From: Gammaproteobacteria bacterium HGW-Gammaproteobacteria-1
GTDB lineage: Bacteria > Pseudomonadota > Gammaproteobacteria > Thiohalomonadales > Thiohalomonadaceae
Length of the DNA: 64,000 nt
Reading direction: 5' to 3'
NCBI GenBank assembly: GCA_002840095.1
Contig: PGZL01000008.1
Span: 389,790-453,789, forward strand
A program made the translations under genes and the position numbers. Under the pieces are notes generated by a model. The model ran no database searches. It had not been told where the DNA came from and worked only from the letters and a program-made list of their open reading frames with translations. Of this stretch, positions 6,257-14,747 are shown one piece after another; position 1 is the first letter of the stretch, and each line of letters opens with the position of its first letter.

Positions 6257-8890
6257 TCAATGGCCACCAGTCGCCTTGTGCTTGACGCTGTCCGGGCCGG
6301 CCCAGGAGGCCATTTCCGGATGCATCTTGCGGTGCATGTCGCCGACGTAGGTGTAGCGCATGCCTTCCTTGTACCACTGCACGTGCTTGTTCCAGTCGGC
6401 CACCATGTCGCCGTACTTGTCGCCGGGCTGGGCCTTGCTCACCTTCACCACCGTGTCGTACCAGCCCTGCGAGCCGCCGATGGGATCGGCGACGGCGGGG
6501 ATGATGTGGTTGGGGTGCACGCCCTTGTCGTCCCACCACACGTTCTTCAGGTCCGGGTCGTCCGCCGCGCCGTACTGGCCGGCCGCTTCCTTCAGCTTGA
6601 GCTGGGCTAGGCGGCCGTAGCCCCAGTGGCCGTGGGCGGTGGAAACGGCGATGACCTTGGGATGGATGCCCTCGGTCACCAGCGCCTTGGTGACGATGTG
6701 GCCGACGCCGCTTTCGATGCGGATCAGGTCACCGGTCTTGATGCCCAGCTTCGCCGCCGTCTCGGTACCGAGCCAGGCGGGGTTGGCGTGGGATATCTCG
6801 GCCAGCCACTTCACCGCAGCGGTGCGTGATTGCTTGTGCACGTTGAGCTTGAAGGTGGTGAGGATCATCTCATCGTCCTTCATGTTCTCGTGCCAGGGCA
6901 TGCGCTTGAAGGTGGGCATGGGATTGAAGCCGTACTCGGCCCACTGATCGACGCGCACGTTGATCAGGCGGTCATGGGTGGGGAAGCCCACGTAGTTCCT
7001 GCCCTTGCGCTGTACGCCGATCACCTTGCCGTTCTTGTGTATGGCGCCCTTGCCGTCCACCATGGCGCCGGCCATGTCGGCCGCCGACAGCTCCTTCCGG
7101 TACAGCCCGTATTCCGCCGCAATCTCGCGCCCGGACTTGTCGGAGATCTTGCCGGTCCGGGGATTGAGCTTGCCGTAGATGGGCCACACGCCGTGCTTCT
7201 TGAGGAAGTCGAGACCGCCGGCTTCCTTCAGGCCCGGAATATTCTCGAACTGCTTGCGCAGATAGTCCTCCGCGCTCTTGAATCCCCAGAACTTCTTCAT
7301 GCCGCGCGAGCCGTCCGGGTCCAGCTTGTGGATCAGCTCCTGCAGGTAGACGCGGGTTTCCTTGCCCTCGCCCAGCGGTTTGATCACCGGCTGGCGGATG
7401 GCCAGCCAGGGCCACAGCGAGCTGGGCATGGATTCCGGCTCCCAGCGTTCCAGGTAAGGCACATCCGGCAGGATGATGTCGGCCAGCTGCGCCTCTTCGC
7501 CCATGAACGGCGACAGGCAGACGTAGAACGGGATCAGCTCCTCGTTGCGGAACAGCTCGCCCCATACCGCGTCGGCGCCCGGGTTGGTGTAGACCGGATT
7601 GTCCTGGTAGGAGAAGTAGACCTTGATCTTCTGCTTGCCCTCGGTGATCCAGAACGGCACCAGGTGACTGACCTTGTGCCCGGCCAGCGGATACTCGTCG
7701 GGATGGGCCAGGTAGGACGGGGTCGCCGGCTTGGGCGGCTGTGGCTGCGGCTGGTCGTAGCCCATGCCGCGCGGCAGGCAGTAGCCGCCGCGCTTCTCGA
7801 TGTTGCCGGTCATGATCGGCAGCATCATGCAGGCCTTTTCGTTGTAGGAGCCGTACATGTGCTTGGCCGGGCCGCGGTAGGTGTAGGTGGTGGCCGGCTT
7901 GGTGGTGGCGAACTCGCGCGCGATGCGCTCGATGGTTTCCACCGGCACGCCCGACAGCTTGGCGGCCCACTCCGGAGTGAACTGCTTGTAGTGGTCCTTC
8001 AGTTCCTGCACCGAGACGTTGGTCCAGTTCTCGATGAAGTCCGAGTCCTGCAGGTTCTCGCGCAGGATCACGTGGCCGAGAGCCAGCGCCACCGCACCGT
8101 CGGTGCCCGGATACACCGGAATCCACTCGTCGGAGAAGCCGGCGGTGTTGGACAGGCGCACGTCGAAGGTGACGATCTTCATGTTGCTGTCGACACGGCC
8201 CTCGGTGACGCGCTGCGAGAAGGGATTATGGAAGTAGGCCGCCTCCAGCACGTTGGAACCGAAGTTCAGCACGTACTTGGTGTTGGCGAAGTCCGGCATT
8301 TCTATGTCCGGGCCCCAGGTGGGTTCCATACCGATCTTTTTCGACGACTCGCACACCGAGGTGTGGTTGAGGATGGTGGCCGAGCCGAGGGTGTGCATGA
8401 AGCGCTCCAACACGCCGCCGGTACGGTTGCGGCCCCACTTCAGCATGATCTCGTTGGGATGGCCGTTCGTCAGCACGTCGTCCAGGCGCGCGGCGATTTC
8501 GTTGTAGGCCTCGTCCCAGGAGATGCGCTTCCACTTGCCCTCGCCGCGCTTGCCCACGCGCTTGAGCGGATAGAGGATGCGATCCGGATCGTAGCTGTAC
8601 CACATGCCGGCATTGCCCTTGGCGCACAGGCGGCCGCGGGTGGATACGTGCTCCGGGTTGCCCTCCAGCTTGACGACGCGGCCGTTCTCGACGAAGGCGA
8701 GCGCGCCGTCCTGGATGTTGCAGACGTGGCAGTTGGTGGGGATGGACTTGCGCTCGATAAGGCTGACCGGATCGATGTCGCGGCCGCCGAGATCGGCTTC
8801 CATGGCGCGCAGCATCGACGGCGCCGCCACGGCAGCGGCGGTGGTGCCGGCGCTGGCCTTCAAAAAGGTACGGCGAGTGAGTTTCAACAT
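6257..8890 (-). CDS. Tat-exported molybdopterin (bis-PGD) oxidoreductase catalytic subunit, Psr/Phs/Ttr/Arr-Arx clade; substrate unknown
   Basis: Twin-arginine leader MLKLTRRTFLKASAG...AAPSMLRA. N-terminal FeS motif CHVCNIQD-x27-C. KRVGKRGEGKWKRISWDEA motif. Putative Mo-ligand region NHTSVCESSKK. 877 aa. Confidence 0.9.
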   Translation of the reverse strand: MLKLTRRTFLKASAGTTAAAVAAPSMLRAMEADLGGRDIDPVSLIERKSIPTNCHVCNIQDGALAFVENGRVVKLEGNPEHVSTRGRLCAKGNAGMWYSYDPDRILYPLKRVGKRGEGKWKRISWDEAYNEIAARLDDVLTNGHPNEIMLKWGRNRTGGVLERFMHTLGSATILNHTSVCESSKKIGMEPTWGPDIEMPDFANTKYVLNFGSNVLEAAYFHNPFSQRVTEGRVDSNMKIVTFDVRLSNTAGFSDEWIPVYPGTDGAVALALGHVILRENLQDSDFIENWTNVSVQELKDHYKQFTPEWAAKLSGVPVETIERIAREFATTKPATTYTYRGPAKHMYGSYNEKACMMLPIMTGNIEKRGGYCLPRGMGYDQPQPQPPKPATPSYLAHPDEYPLAGHKVSHLVPFWITEGKQKIKVYFSYQDNPVYTNPGADAVWGELFRNEELIPFYVCLSPFMGEEAQLADIILPDVPYLERWEPESMPSSLWPWLAIRQPVIKPLGEGKETRVYLQELIHKLDPDGSRGMKKFWGFKSAEDYLRKQFENIPGLKEAGGLDFLKKHGVWPIYGKLNPRTGKISDKSGREIAAEYGLYRKELSAADMAGAMVDGKGAIHKNGKVIGVQRKGRNYVGFPTHDRLINVRVDQWAEYGFNPMPTFKRMPWHENMKDDEMILTTFKLNVHKQSRTAAVKWLAEISHANPAWLGTETAAKLGIKTGDLIRIESGVGHIVTKALVTEGIHPKVIAVSTAHGHWGYGRLAQLKLKEAAGQYGAADDPDLKNVWWDDKGVHPNHIIPAVADPIGGSQGWYDTVVKVSKAQPGDKYGDMVADWNKHVQWYKEGMRYTYVGDMHRKMHPEMASWAGPDSVKHKATGGH

Positions 8891-8921
8891 GTTTGTGCCT
8901 CCAGATTCATAGCGCCGAGCA

Positions 8922-9779
8922 TCAGTAGTAGGTTTGCAGGATCTGGCCGCCGTAGAGGATCGAGTAGCGCAGCGCCATGCCGCCTACCAGGATCAATACG
9001 GAGGCCGTCATCATGCCCACCTGTTGCCGTCCCAGCGGTGCCAGCAGCAGAACAATGGGAACTGCGGTGCCGGCGATGATGCCCAGGCCGATGAAGATCA
9101 GCCCCAAGGTGCCGGAGGTGAGGAACATGAAGGTCAGTTCCGCGCCGACGCCGCCGTAGGCGGTGGTGCCGAGCAGGGAAATGAGCATCGCGCCCACTGC
9201 GCCGCCGCTCCACAGCATCATCCTGCGCATGGCGCTGTTGGCCGCTTCGCTGCCCTTGGTCAGGAACGACGCCACCGCGGCGCCGGACACCAGCGACAGG
9301 CCGACAAACAGCACCGGCATCAACGGCGTGTTCCACACCGGACGGTGCTGGTGCACGGTGAGGTCGAAGCCGGTGTAGATGGGCAGCCCCAGGGCCAGCA
9401 GGCTGCCGATGATGGCCAGCCGCTTGCCGTTGACCTCGTCGCCCTTGCGCATCATGAAGAAATACAGCACCGCCACCAGGCCGAAGGAGATCAGGTTGAG
9501 ACCGCCCCAGGCCAGTGGCGACTGGAAGTTCAGATACGCCGGGTTGAGGATGTTGAGGAAGCGTCCCGGCTGCGACAGATCGCCGATCAGCAACAGTCCG
9601 CCGACGGCAAGCAGTACAAAGGACGCGTAAAAGGCGTTCTCGCGCAGCGGCCTGTAGTCTTCCCGGAACCAGGACAGGGCCGAGAAGAAGAACAGCGCCG
9701 ACGAGATGCCGATGACGAAGAAATAAATGGCGTAGGCGCTGGGCCAGGCCATCGTGTGAAACACGGTATATTCGTTCAT
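8922..9779 (-). CDS. NrfD/PsrC-type polytopic membrane quinol-interacting anchor subunit
   Basis: ATG at 9779 behind GGAGG, 14 nt after the FeS gene stop. Strongly hydrophobic multi-helix protein with NrfD-like segments (AWPSAYAIYFFVIGISS, GDLSQPGRFLNIL, PLAWGGLNLISF). Confidence 0.85.
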   Translation of the reverse strand: MNEYTVFHTMAWPSAYAIYFFVIGISSALFFFSALSWFREDYRPLRENAFYASFVLLAVGGLLLIGDLSQPGRFLNILNPAYLNFQSPLAWGGLNLISFGLVAVLYFFMMRKGDEVNGKRLAIIGSLLALGLPIYTGFDLTVHQHRPVWNTPLMPVLFVGLSLVSGAAVASFLTKGSEAANSAMRRMMLWSGGAVGAMLISLLGTTAYGGVGAELTFMFLTSGTLGLIFIGLGIIAGTAVPIVLLLAPLGRQQVGMMTASVLILVGGMALRYSILYGGQILQTYY

Positions 9780-9792
9780 GGTGGCCTCCGCC

Positions 9793-10503
9793 TCAGATAT
9801 GTTTGTTGCGGTTGAACGCCGCCCGCTCGATATCGGCCTGTTCGTCCTTGTGGTAGACCGCACGGCCGTAATCGGTGAGGCTGCGGTCGGCGCCGATATA
9901 GAACACATGGGGCTTGGTGCCCTGCTCGGGACGCAGGACCTGCGTTGCATGCCTGGCCACCAGTTGCGATACCTCGCTGTTCGGGTCGTTGATGTCGCCG
10001 AAGATGCGCGAGCGGCCGACGCAGGTCTGCACGCAGGCCGGTACCAGACCCTGGATCACGCGGTGGTAGCAGAAGGTGCACTTGTCCACCACCTTGGTGA
10101 TGTCGGTGTAGGTGCGGTGCTCTGGCAGCATGAAGCGGGCGTTATAGGGGCAGGAGGCCATGCAGGCCTTGCAGCCGATGCAGCGATCGTAGTGCTGCAA
10201 CACGAAGCCACCGTCTTCTAGCTTGTAGGTGGCTTCCACCGGGCAGGCGCGCACGCACGGGGGATCGTCGCAGTGGTTGCACAGGCGCGGCAGGAATTGC
10301 TTTTTCACGGTGGGGTACTTGCCGGTCACGCGGTAGGGGACCCAGGTACGGAATACCCCCAGCGGAACGTCGTACTCCGCTTTGCACGCCACCTGGCACG
10401 CCATGCACCCGATGCAGCGGCGCACGTCGATCACCATGGCGTAGCGCCGGACGCCGGGCCTTCCCCGCGTCTCGGTCGACGACATGAGCAGTTCTTGAGT
10501 CAT
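9793..10503 (-). CDS. Four-cluster 4Fe-4S electron-transfer subunit (PsrB/TtrB/NrfC-like)
   Basis: Motifs CIGCMACQVAC, CNHCDDPPCVRACP, CIGCKACMASCP and CTFC...CVQTC. ATG at 10503 behind GGAG. It is the first gene of the operon. Confidence 0.9.
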   Translation of the reverse strand: MTQELLMSSTETRGRPGVRRYAMVIDVRRCIGCMACQVACKAEYDVPLGVFRTWVPYRVTGKYPTVKKQFLPRLCNHCDDPPCVRACPVEATYKLEDGGFVLQHYDRCIGCKACMASCPYNARFMLPEHRTYTDITKVVDKCTFCYHRVIQGLVPACVQTCVGRSRIFGDINDPNSEVSQLVARHATQVLRPEQGTKPHVFYIGADRSLTDYGRAVYHKDEQADIERAAFNRNKHI

Positions 10504-10597
10504 TGTTCGCTCCTCAGTGGTGGAACCCAAGGGTGGCGTTGCCGCTCCCTCTTCGCATTCGCAGCAGCGCTGCCCAGACAGCCTGCGTCGCTACCGT

Positions 10598-10613
10598 TGC
10601 AACTCGCGGGCCA
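10598..10613 (-). promoter_or_regulatory. Near-consensus sigma54 -24/-12 promoter for the molybdoenzyme operon
   Basis: The minus strand reads TGGCCC-GCGAG-TTGCA against the consensus TGGCAC-N5-TTGCW, with exact GG/GC spacing. It lies about 95 nt upstream of the ATG at 10503. A sigma54 activator is encoded divergently. Confidence 0.65.
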
Positions 10614-10653
10614 AGGCGGGAGGCGGGCAAAATCACCTTGCAGGCAGTCGGGC

Positions 10654-10669
10654 GTTACCGCCCTGTAAC
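10654..10669. promoter_or_regulatory. Palindrome GTTAC-N6-GTAAC, candidate activator (bEBP) binding site 1
   Basis: GTTACCGCCCTGTAAC, centred about 50 bp upstream of the -24 element. Confidence 0.5.
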
Positions 10670-10686
10670 CTCCGGCGGCGAGCGGT

Positions 10687-10702
10687 GTTACCGTCGTGTA
10701 AC
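10687..10702. promoter_or_regulatory. Palindrome GTTAC-N6-GTAAC, candidate activator binding site 2
   Basis: GTTACCGTCGTGTAAC, centred 33 bp (three helical turns) from site 1. Confidence 0.5.
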
Positions 10703-10846
10703 GTGTCCGCTGCGGATGCAGGAAGGGGGCGCGTCAGGCGGGTGAAACCGGGTATGGTATGGAACCGGGTGTCCCCGCGTGCCGGCTTTCCCCGGCGGCG
10801 TGCGATGTCCGGATACCCTGTCAGCGTTGGTGTGGAGGAAACGACC

Positions 10847-11725
10847 GTGGTGAATCCGGGAGTCCGTCGATGGGCGGCAGCAGCCCTGCTGGTGTTTTCG
10901 GCTTGGATGCCCTTGGCGTGGTCCGTGCAGGGGGAGCCGATAAGGATTGGTCTCACCCCCGTGTTTCTCGATGACCAGACCTCCTTTGTCGAGGACTGGC
11001 GTGCTTATCTGGAACGGCGGCTGGGGCGGCCGGTGGCGTTCTCACAACGGAGCAGTTATCGCGACATCATGGATTTGCTGTTACAGGGCAAGCTCGATTT
11101 CGCCTGGGTCTGCGGTTACCCCTACGCGCGTTACGAGTCGGAGCTGCGGCTGGCTGCGGTCCCCGTCTACCAGGGGCAGCCGCTTTATCGCGCCTACCTC
11201 ATCGTGCCGTCCGGCGATACCGCCACCCGCTCGCTGGCCGATCTGCGCAACAAGCTGTTCGCCTATTCCGACGCCGATTCCAATTCCGGCTACCTGGTCG
11301 TGCAATACCAGCTGCTGGGCATGGAGACGCGCTCCGGCGAGTTCTTCCGGCGCACCTTCTTCACCGGCGCCCACCGCAAGGTGGTGGAGGCGGTGGCGGC
11401 GGGGGTGGCCGACGGCGGCACGGTGGACGGTTACGTGTGGGACGTGCTGAACGAGTTTCACCCCGAGCTGACCTCGCGCACCCGCGTGGTGTCCCGGTCT
11501 GAAACCTATGGCTTTCCGCCCCTGGTGGCCCGCCGCGGCGTCGACGACAGGATCATGCGGGAGGTGCAGGGGGCGCTGTTGTCCATGGACCGGGATGCGG
11601 AGGGCGTGGCCCTGCTGAAGCGCCTCAGCCTGGACGGCTTTACCCAAGGCAGCTCCAGTCTGTTCGACGGCATACGCCGCATGATGGCGGCGGTACGAGG
11701 TTCCAGCGGTGCTGCACAACCTTAG
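10847..11725 (+). CDS. Periplasmic PhnD-like (phosphonate/phosphite/arsenite-type) substrate-binding protein, AioX/ArxX-like sensor partner
   Basis: GTG at 10847 lies 8 nt after GGAGG and gives the signal peptide VVNPGVRRWAAAALLVFSAWMPLAWS; the alternative ATG is at 10805. PhnD-family pattern present (IRIGLTPVF..., LLQGKLDFAWVCGYPY, SNSGYLV, GTVDGYVWD). No ABC permease or ATPase is nearby. Confidence 0.8.
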   Translation: MVNPGVRRWAAAALLVFSAWMPLAWSVQGEPIRIGLTPVFLDDQTSFVEDWRAYLERRLGRPVAFSQRSSYRDIMDLLLQGKLDFAWVCGYPYARYESELRLAAVPVYQGQPLYRAYLIVPSGDTATRSLADLRNKLFAYSDADSNSGYLVVQYQLLGMETRSGEFFRRTFFTGAHRKVVEAVAAGVADGGTVDGYVWDVLNEFHPELTSRTRVVSRSETYGFPPLVARRGVDDRIMREVQGALLSMDRDAEGVALLKRLSLDGFTQGSSSLFDGIRRMMAAVRGSSGAAQP

Positions 11726-13157
11726 TTTTCGCTACAAGGTTCCCGTTCGCTCCAGCATCCTGATCCTGGTGACGGCGGTGTTCGTCACCGTGTCGCTGAT
11801 GTACCGGGCCTATGACGACATGCGACGCGATCTGCTGTTCAATGCCGAGGGCATGAGCCGGGTGCTGGTGCGTACCCTGGTGCCGGCGATACTGCACGAC
11901 GACGTGTGGCAGGTGTACGAAGTGATCCAGTCCGCCTACCCGGCGGCGGGTGCCGATACCACGCTGGCCAGCGAACTGATCATGGTGCTGGATGCCGCCG
12001 GCAACACCTACGTCGCCAACCAGCCGAAGCGTTTCCCCATGTTGTCGGATCCGGCGCTGGGTGGTCCGGAGTTCGCCCTGCTCAAGCGTGCGGCCCTGCA
12101 GCACCAGGAGGAGACGCCCGCGGTGGTGGACCTGGATCTGGCGGAGTATCTCTACCTGGTGATGCCGATAGTGTCCGATCGGGTGCGGCTCGGCAGCCTG
12201 GTGCTGGGCTTCCCGCGTTCGCTGTTCCTGCCGCGCTTTCTCACCATCGCCAAGCGCGCGGCATGGATGACGCTGCTGAGTCTGGCGGTGCTGCTGCCCA
12301 TCACCTGGTATTGGGCCGGACGCATGGCCCGGCCCATGATCCAGCTGGCCGACTGCATGGCCCGCCTGGGCACCACGACGCCGGAGCACATGCGCTGTGA
12401 TTTGTACGAGTCGCAGGACGAAATCGGCCGCCTCGGCCTGAGCTTCCGCCGCATGCTGGCGGAGTTGCAGGAAAAGCACGCGCTGGAGCGGCAGATCGTG
12501 GTGGCCGACCGCCTCGGTGCCATCGGCCGCCTGACCTCGTCCATCGCCCACGAGATCAACAATCCGCTGGGCGGCATGCTCAATGCCATCGACACCTTCA
12601 AGCGCCACGGCAATTGCGAAGACGAGCGCACCCATCGCACCATGTCGCTGCTGGAGCGCGGCCTGCTGCAAATCCGCGACACCGTGGCGGCGCTGCTGGT
12701 GGAGGCCAAGGCCGGCAGCCACACCCTGAAGCCGGTGGACATCGAGGACATCCACACCCTGGTGGCGCCTGAAGCGGCGAAGAAATCGGCGCGCATCGAA
12801 TGGCACAATGAGCTGCGCATGCCCATCGACCTGCCGGCCACGCCGGTGCGGCAGACGCTGATCAACCTGCTGCTCAACGCCGTACATGCGGTGGAGGAGA
12901 ACGGCCTGGTGCGGTGCCGGGTCTGGGCGCGCGACGGGCGCCTGCACATGCAGATCATCAACGACGGCCGCCACATCCCGGCCGACAAGATCGAACACCT
13001 GTTCGAACCCTTTTCGCCCCTGTCGGAAACCGGTCACGGCCTGGGGCTGTGGGTGTGTTACCAAATCGTGCAGCAGCTGGGCGGTGATATCCAGGTGCAC
13101 AGCGAGCCGGGGTCCACCGTGTTCACGGTGGTCCTGCGCTACGGAGAAAACGAATGA
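11709..13157 (+). CDS. Sensor histidine kinase (2 TM, periplasmic loop, HAMP, HisKA, HATPase), AioS/ArxS-like
   Basis: H-box SSIAHEINNPLGG. N, G1 and G2 boxes present (LLLNAVHAV, IINDGRHIP, GHGLGLWV). Overlaps the binding-protein gene end and the regulator start (ATGA at 13154-13157). Confidence 0.85.
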   Translation: MLHNLSFRYKVPVRSSILILVTAVFVTVSLMYRAYDDMRRDLLFNAEGMSRVLVRTLVPAILHDDVWQVYEVIQSAYPAAGADTTLASELIMVLDAAGNTYVANQPKRFPMLSDPALGGPEFALLKRAALQHQEETPAVVDLDLAEYLYLVMPIVSDRVRLGSLVLGFPRSLFLPRFLTIAKRAAWMTLLSLAVLLPITWYWAGRMARPMIQLADCMARLGTTTPEHMRCDLYESQDEIGRLGLSFRRMLAELQEKHALERQIVVADRLGAIGRLTSSIAHEINNPLGGMLNAIDTFKRHGNCEDERTHRTMSLLERGLLQIRDTVAALLVEAKAGSHTLKPVDIEDIHTLVAPEAAKKSARIEWHNELRMPIDLPATPVRQTLINLLLNAVHAVEENGLVRCRVWARDGRLHMQIINDGRHIPADKIEHLFEPFSPLSETGHGLGLWVCYQIVQQLGGDIQVHSEPGSTVFTVVLRYGENE

Positions 13158-14518
13158 GTGGTCGTGCAGTACGACTTTGTCTGGTGGAAGACGATGCCAT
13201 CATGGGTGAATCGCTGTGCGATCGCTTCGAGCTGGAAGGCTTCGCCATCGACTGGTTCCGCAACGCGCCGGAGGCCTTCGAGGCCATCGGCCGCCTGCCC
13301 TACGGCCTGGTGATCAGCGACATCCGCATGCCCGGCATGAGCGGCGAGCAGCTGTTCGAACAGGTGCTGGAGCGCTATGCGCAGCGGCCGCCGTTTCTGT
13401 TCATCACCGGCTACGGCGCCATCGACAAGGCGGTAAAGCTGCTCAAGCTGGGCGCCGCCGACTACATCACCAAGCCCTTCGATCTGGACCAGCTGGTGCA
13501 GAAGGTGCGCGAGCTGACCGCTGCCGCTGCCGGCGCGGCACCGGACGAGGCGGCGCCGGCGCTCGGCATCTGCCCCACCATGCGCCATATCGAGGAAACC
13601 CTGCCGCACCTGGCGCAGCGCGCCAACACCATCCTGCTGACCGGCGAATCGGGCGTGGGCAAGGAGCACGTGGCGCGCCTGATCCATCACTACGGCAGCG
13701 GCGACGCCGCGCCCTTCGTGGCGGTGAACTGCGGCGCCCTCACCGAGACCCTGCTGGAAGCCGAACTGTTCGGCTATGAGAAGGGCGCCTTCACCGGCGC
13801 CCTGCGCACCAAGAAGGGCGTGTTCGAACTGGCCCACGGCGGCACCCTGCTGCTGGACGAAATCGGCGAGATGCCGTTGCCCATGCAGGTGCGACTGCTG
13901 CGCGCCATCCAGGAACGCACCGTGGTGCGCGTCGGCGGCGAGCAGCCCATACACGTGGAACTGCGGCTGATCTGCGCCACCAACCGCGATCTCAAATGCA
14001 TGGCGGAACAGGGTCATTTCCGCGAGGACCTCTACTACCGCGTCAACGTCATCCACCTGCGCATCCCGCCCCTGCGCGAGCGCAAGGAGGACGTGCTGTG
14101 GTTCGCCCGCCGTTTTCTGCAGGAGTTCACCGCCGCCCATCCCGGCGAGGGCAAGGTGCTGCACCCGGACGCCGAGCGCGCCATGCTGGGCTATCCCTGG
14201 CCGGGCAATATCCGCGAACTGCGCCATACCCTGGAACGTGCCTGCATCCTCACCCGCGGCGAAATCCTCATGCCGCAGGATCTGTTCGAGGGCAGCATCG
14301 ACGAGCCGGCACCGCCGCCGCCGCCGGGCCAGCCGGCCTGCGACGACCTCGGCCAGTACATGCGCGCCTGCGAGCGTGCCTACATCCTGCGCGCGCTGGA
14401 TTCCCATCAATGGAAGATCGGCGATACTGCCGGCTATCTCGGCATCAGCCGCAAGAACCTGTGGGAGAAGATGAAGAAATACGCCATCCAGGCGGATGCG
14501 GCGGAGGAAGACGAATAA
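13154..14518 (+). CDS. Sigma54-dependent response regulator (REC + AAA+ bEBP + Fis-type HTH), AioR/ArxR/NtrC family
   Basis: REC domain with the acceptor Asp in LVISDIRMPGMSG. Walker A GESGVGKE. GAFTGA loop (EKGAFTGA). C-terminal HTH (TAGYLGISRKNLWEKMKKY). Confidence 0.9.
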   Translation: MSGRAVRLCLVEDDAIMGESLCDRFELEGFAIDWFRNAPEAFEAIGRLPYGLVISDIRMPGMSGEQLFEQVLERYAQRPPFLFITGYGAIDKAVKLLKLGAADYITKPFDLDQLVQKVRELTAAAAGAAPDEAAPALGICPTMRHIEETLPHLAQRANTILLTGESGVGKEHVARLIHHYGSGDAAPFVAVNCGALTETLLEAELFGYEKGAFTGALRTKKGVFELAHGGTLLLDEIGEMPLPMQVRLLRAIQERTVVRVGGEQPIHVELRLICATNRDLKCMAEQGHFREDLYYRVNVIHLRIPPLRERKEDVLWFARRFLQEFTAAHPGEGKVLHPDAERAMLGYPWPGNIRELRHTLERACILTRGEILMPQDLFEGSIDEPAPPPPPGQPACDDLGQYMRACERAYILRALDSHQWKIGDTAGYLGISRKNLWEKMKKYAIQADAAEEDE

Positions 14519-14534
14519 ACCTAAAAAGTTTACA

Positions 14535-14673
14535 GTCCGCAAATGAACACAAATAGACGCAAATAATTCACGGTGTTACACAGATGCGTCCTGTTCACCC
14601 GATGGGGGAGCGGGCGACTGGCTAACGGACGGCTCCTTTTTTGATTTGCGTCCATTTGCGCTTATTGGCGGAC
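14535..14673. repeat. Long hairpin, CGCAAAT-type arms
   Basis: Left arm GTCCGCAAATGAACACAAATAGACGCAAAT and right arm ATTTGCGTCCATTTGCGCTTATTGGCGGAC. The loop includes a short GGAGC/GCTCC stem plus T6, a possible terminator of the regulator operon. Confidence 0.75.
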
Positions 14674-14747
14674 GCATTTTGGATGAATCTGTCGGGGCGG
14701 CATCGTTCTTGCTTCCAATTTTGTAGGCAACAACCGCGAGAACAGCC

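Noticed and set aside
6257-10530. Calling the enzyme ArxAB (anaerobic arsenite oxidase), ArrAB or TtrBCA outright.
   Set aside because: The gene order (FeS, anchor, catalytic subunit) is not that of arx (B2-A-B-C-D) or arr. The regulator is sigma54/NtrC-type rather than the NarL-type TtrR. The catalytic subunit is shorter than the TtrA I recall. The FeS motif also has an Asp substitution. No phylogeny is possible here, so I leave the substrate open.
10561-10576. A second sigma54-like element (GGCAGCGCTGCTGC on the minus strand) closer to the ATG.
   Set aside because: It is a much poorer match (no TTGC at -12) than the TGGCCC-N5-TTGCA element at 10598-10613. It is probably chance in GC-rich DNA.
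14519-14747. A Moco riboswitch upstream of moaA.
   Set aside because: I found no convincing match to the conserved Moco-RNA core as I remember it. The region is instead explained by a CGCAAAT-type hairpin repeat. An Infernal scan would be decisive.
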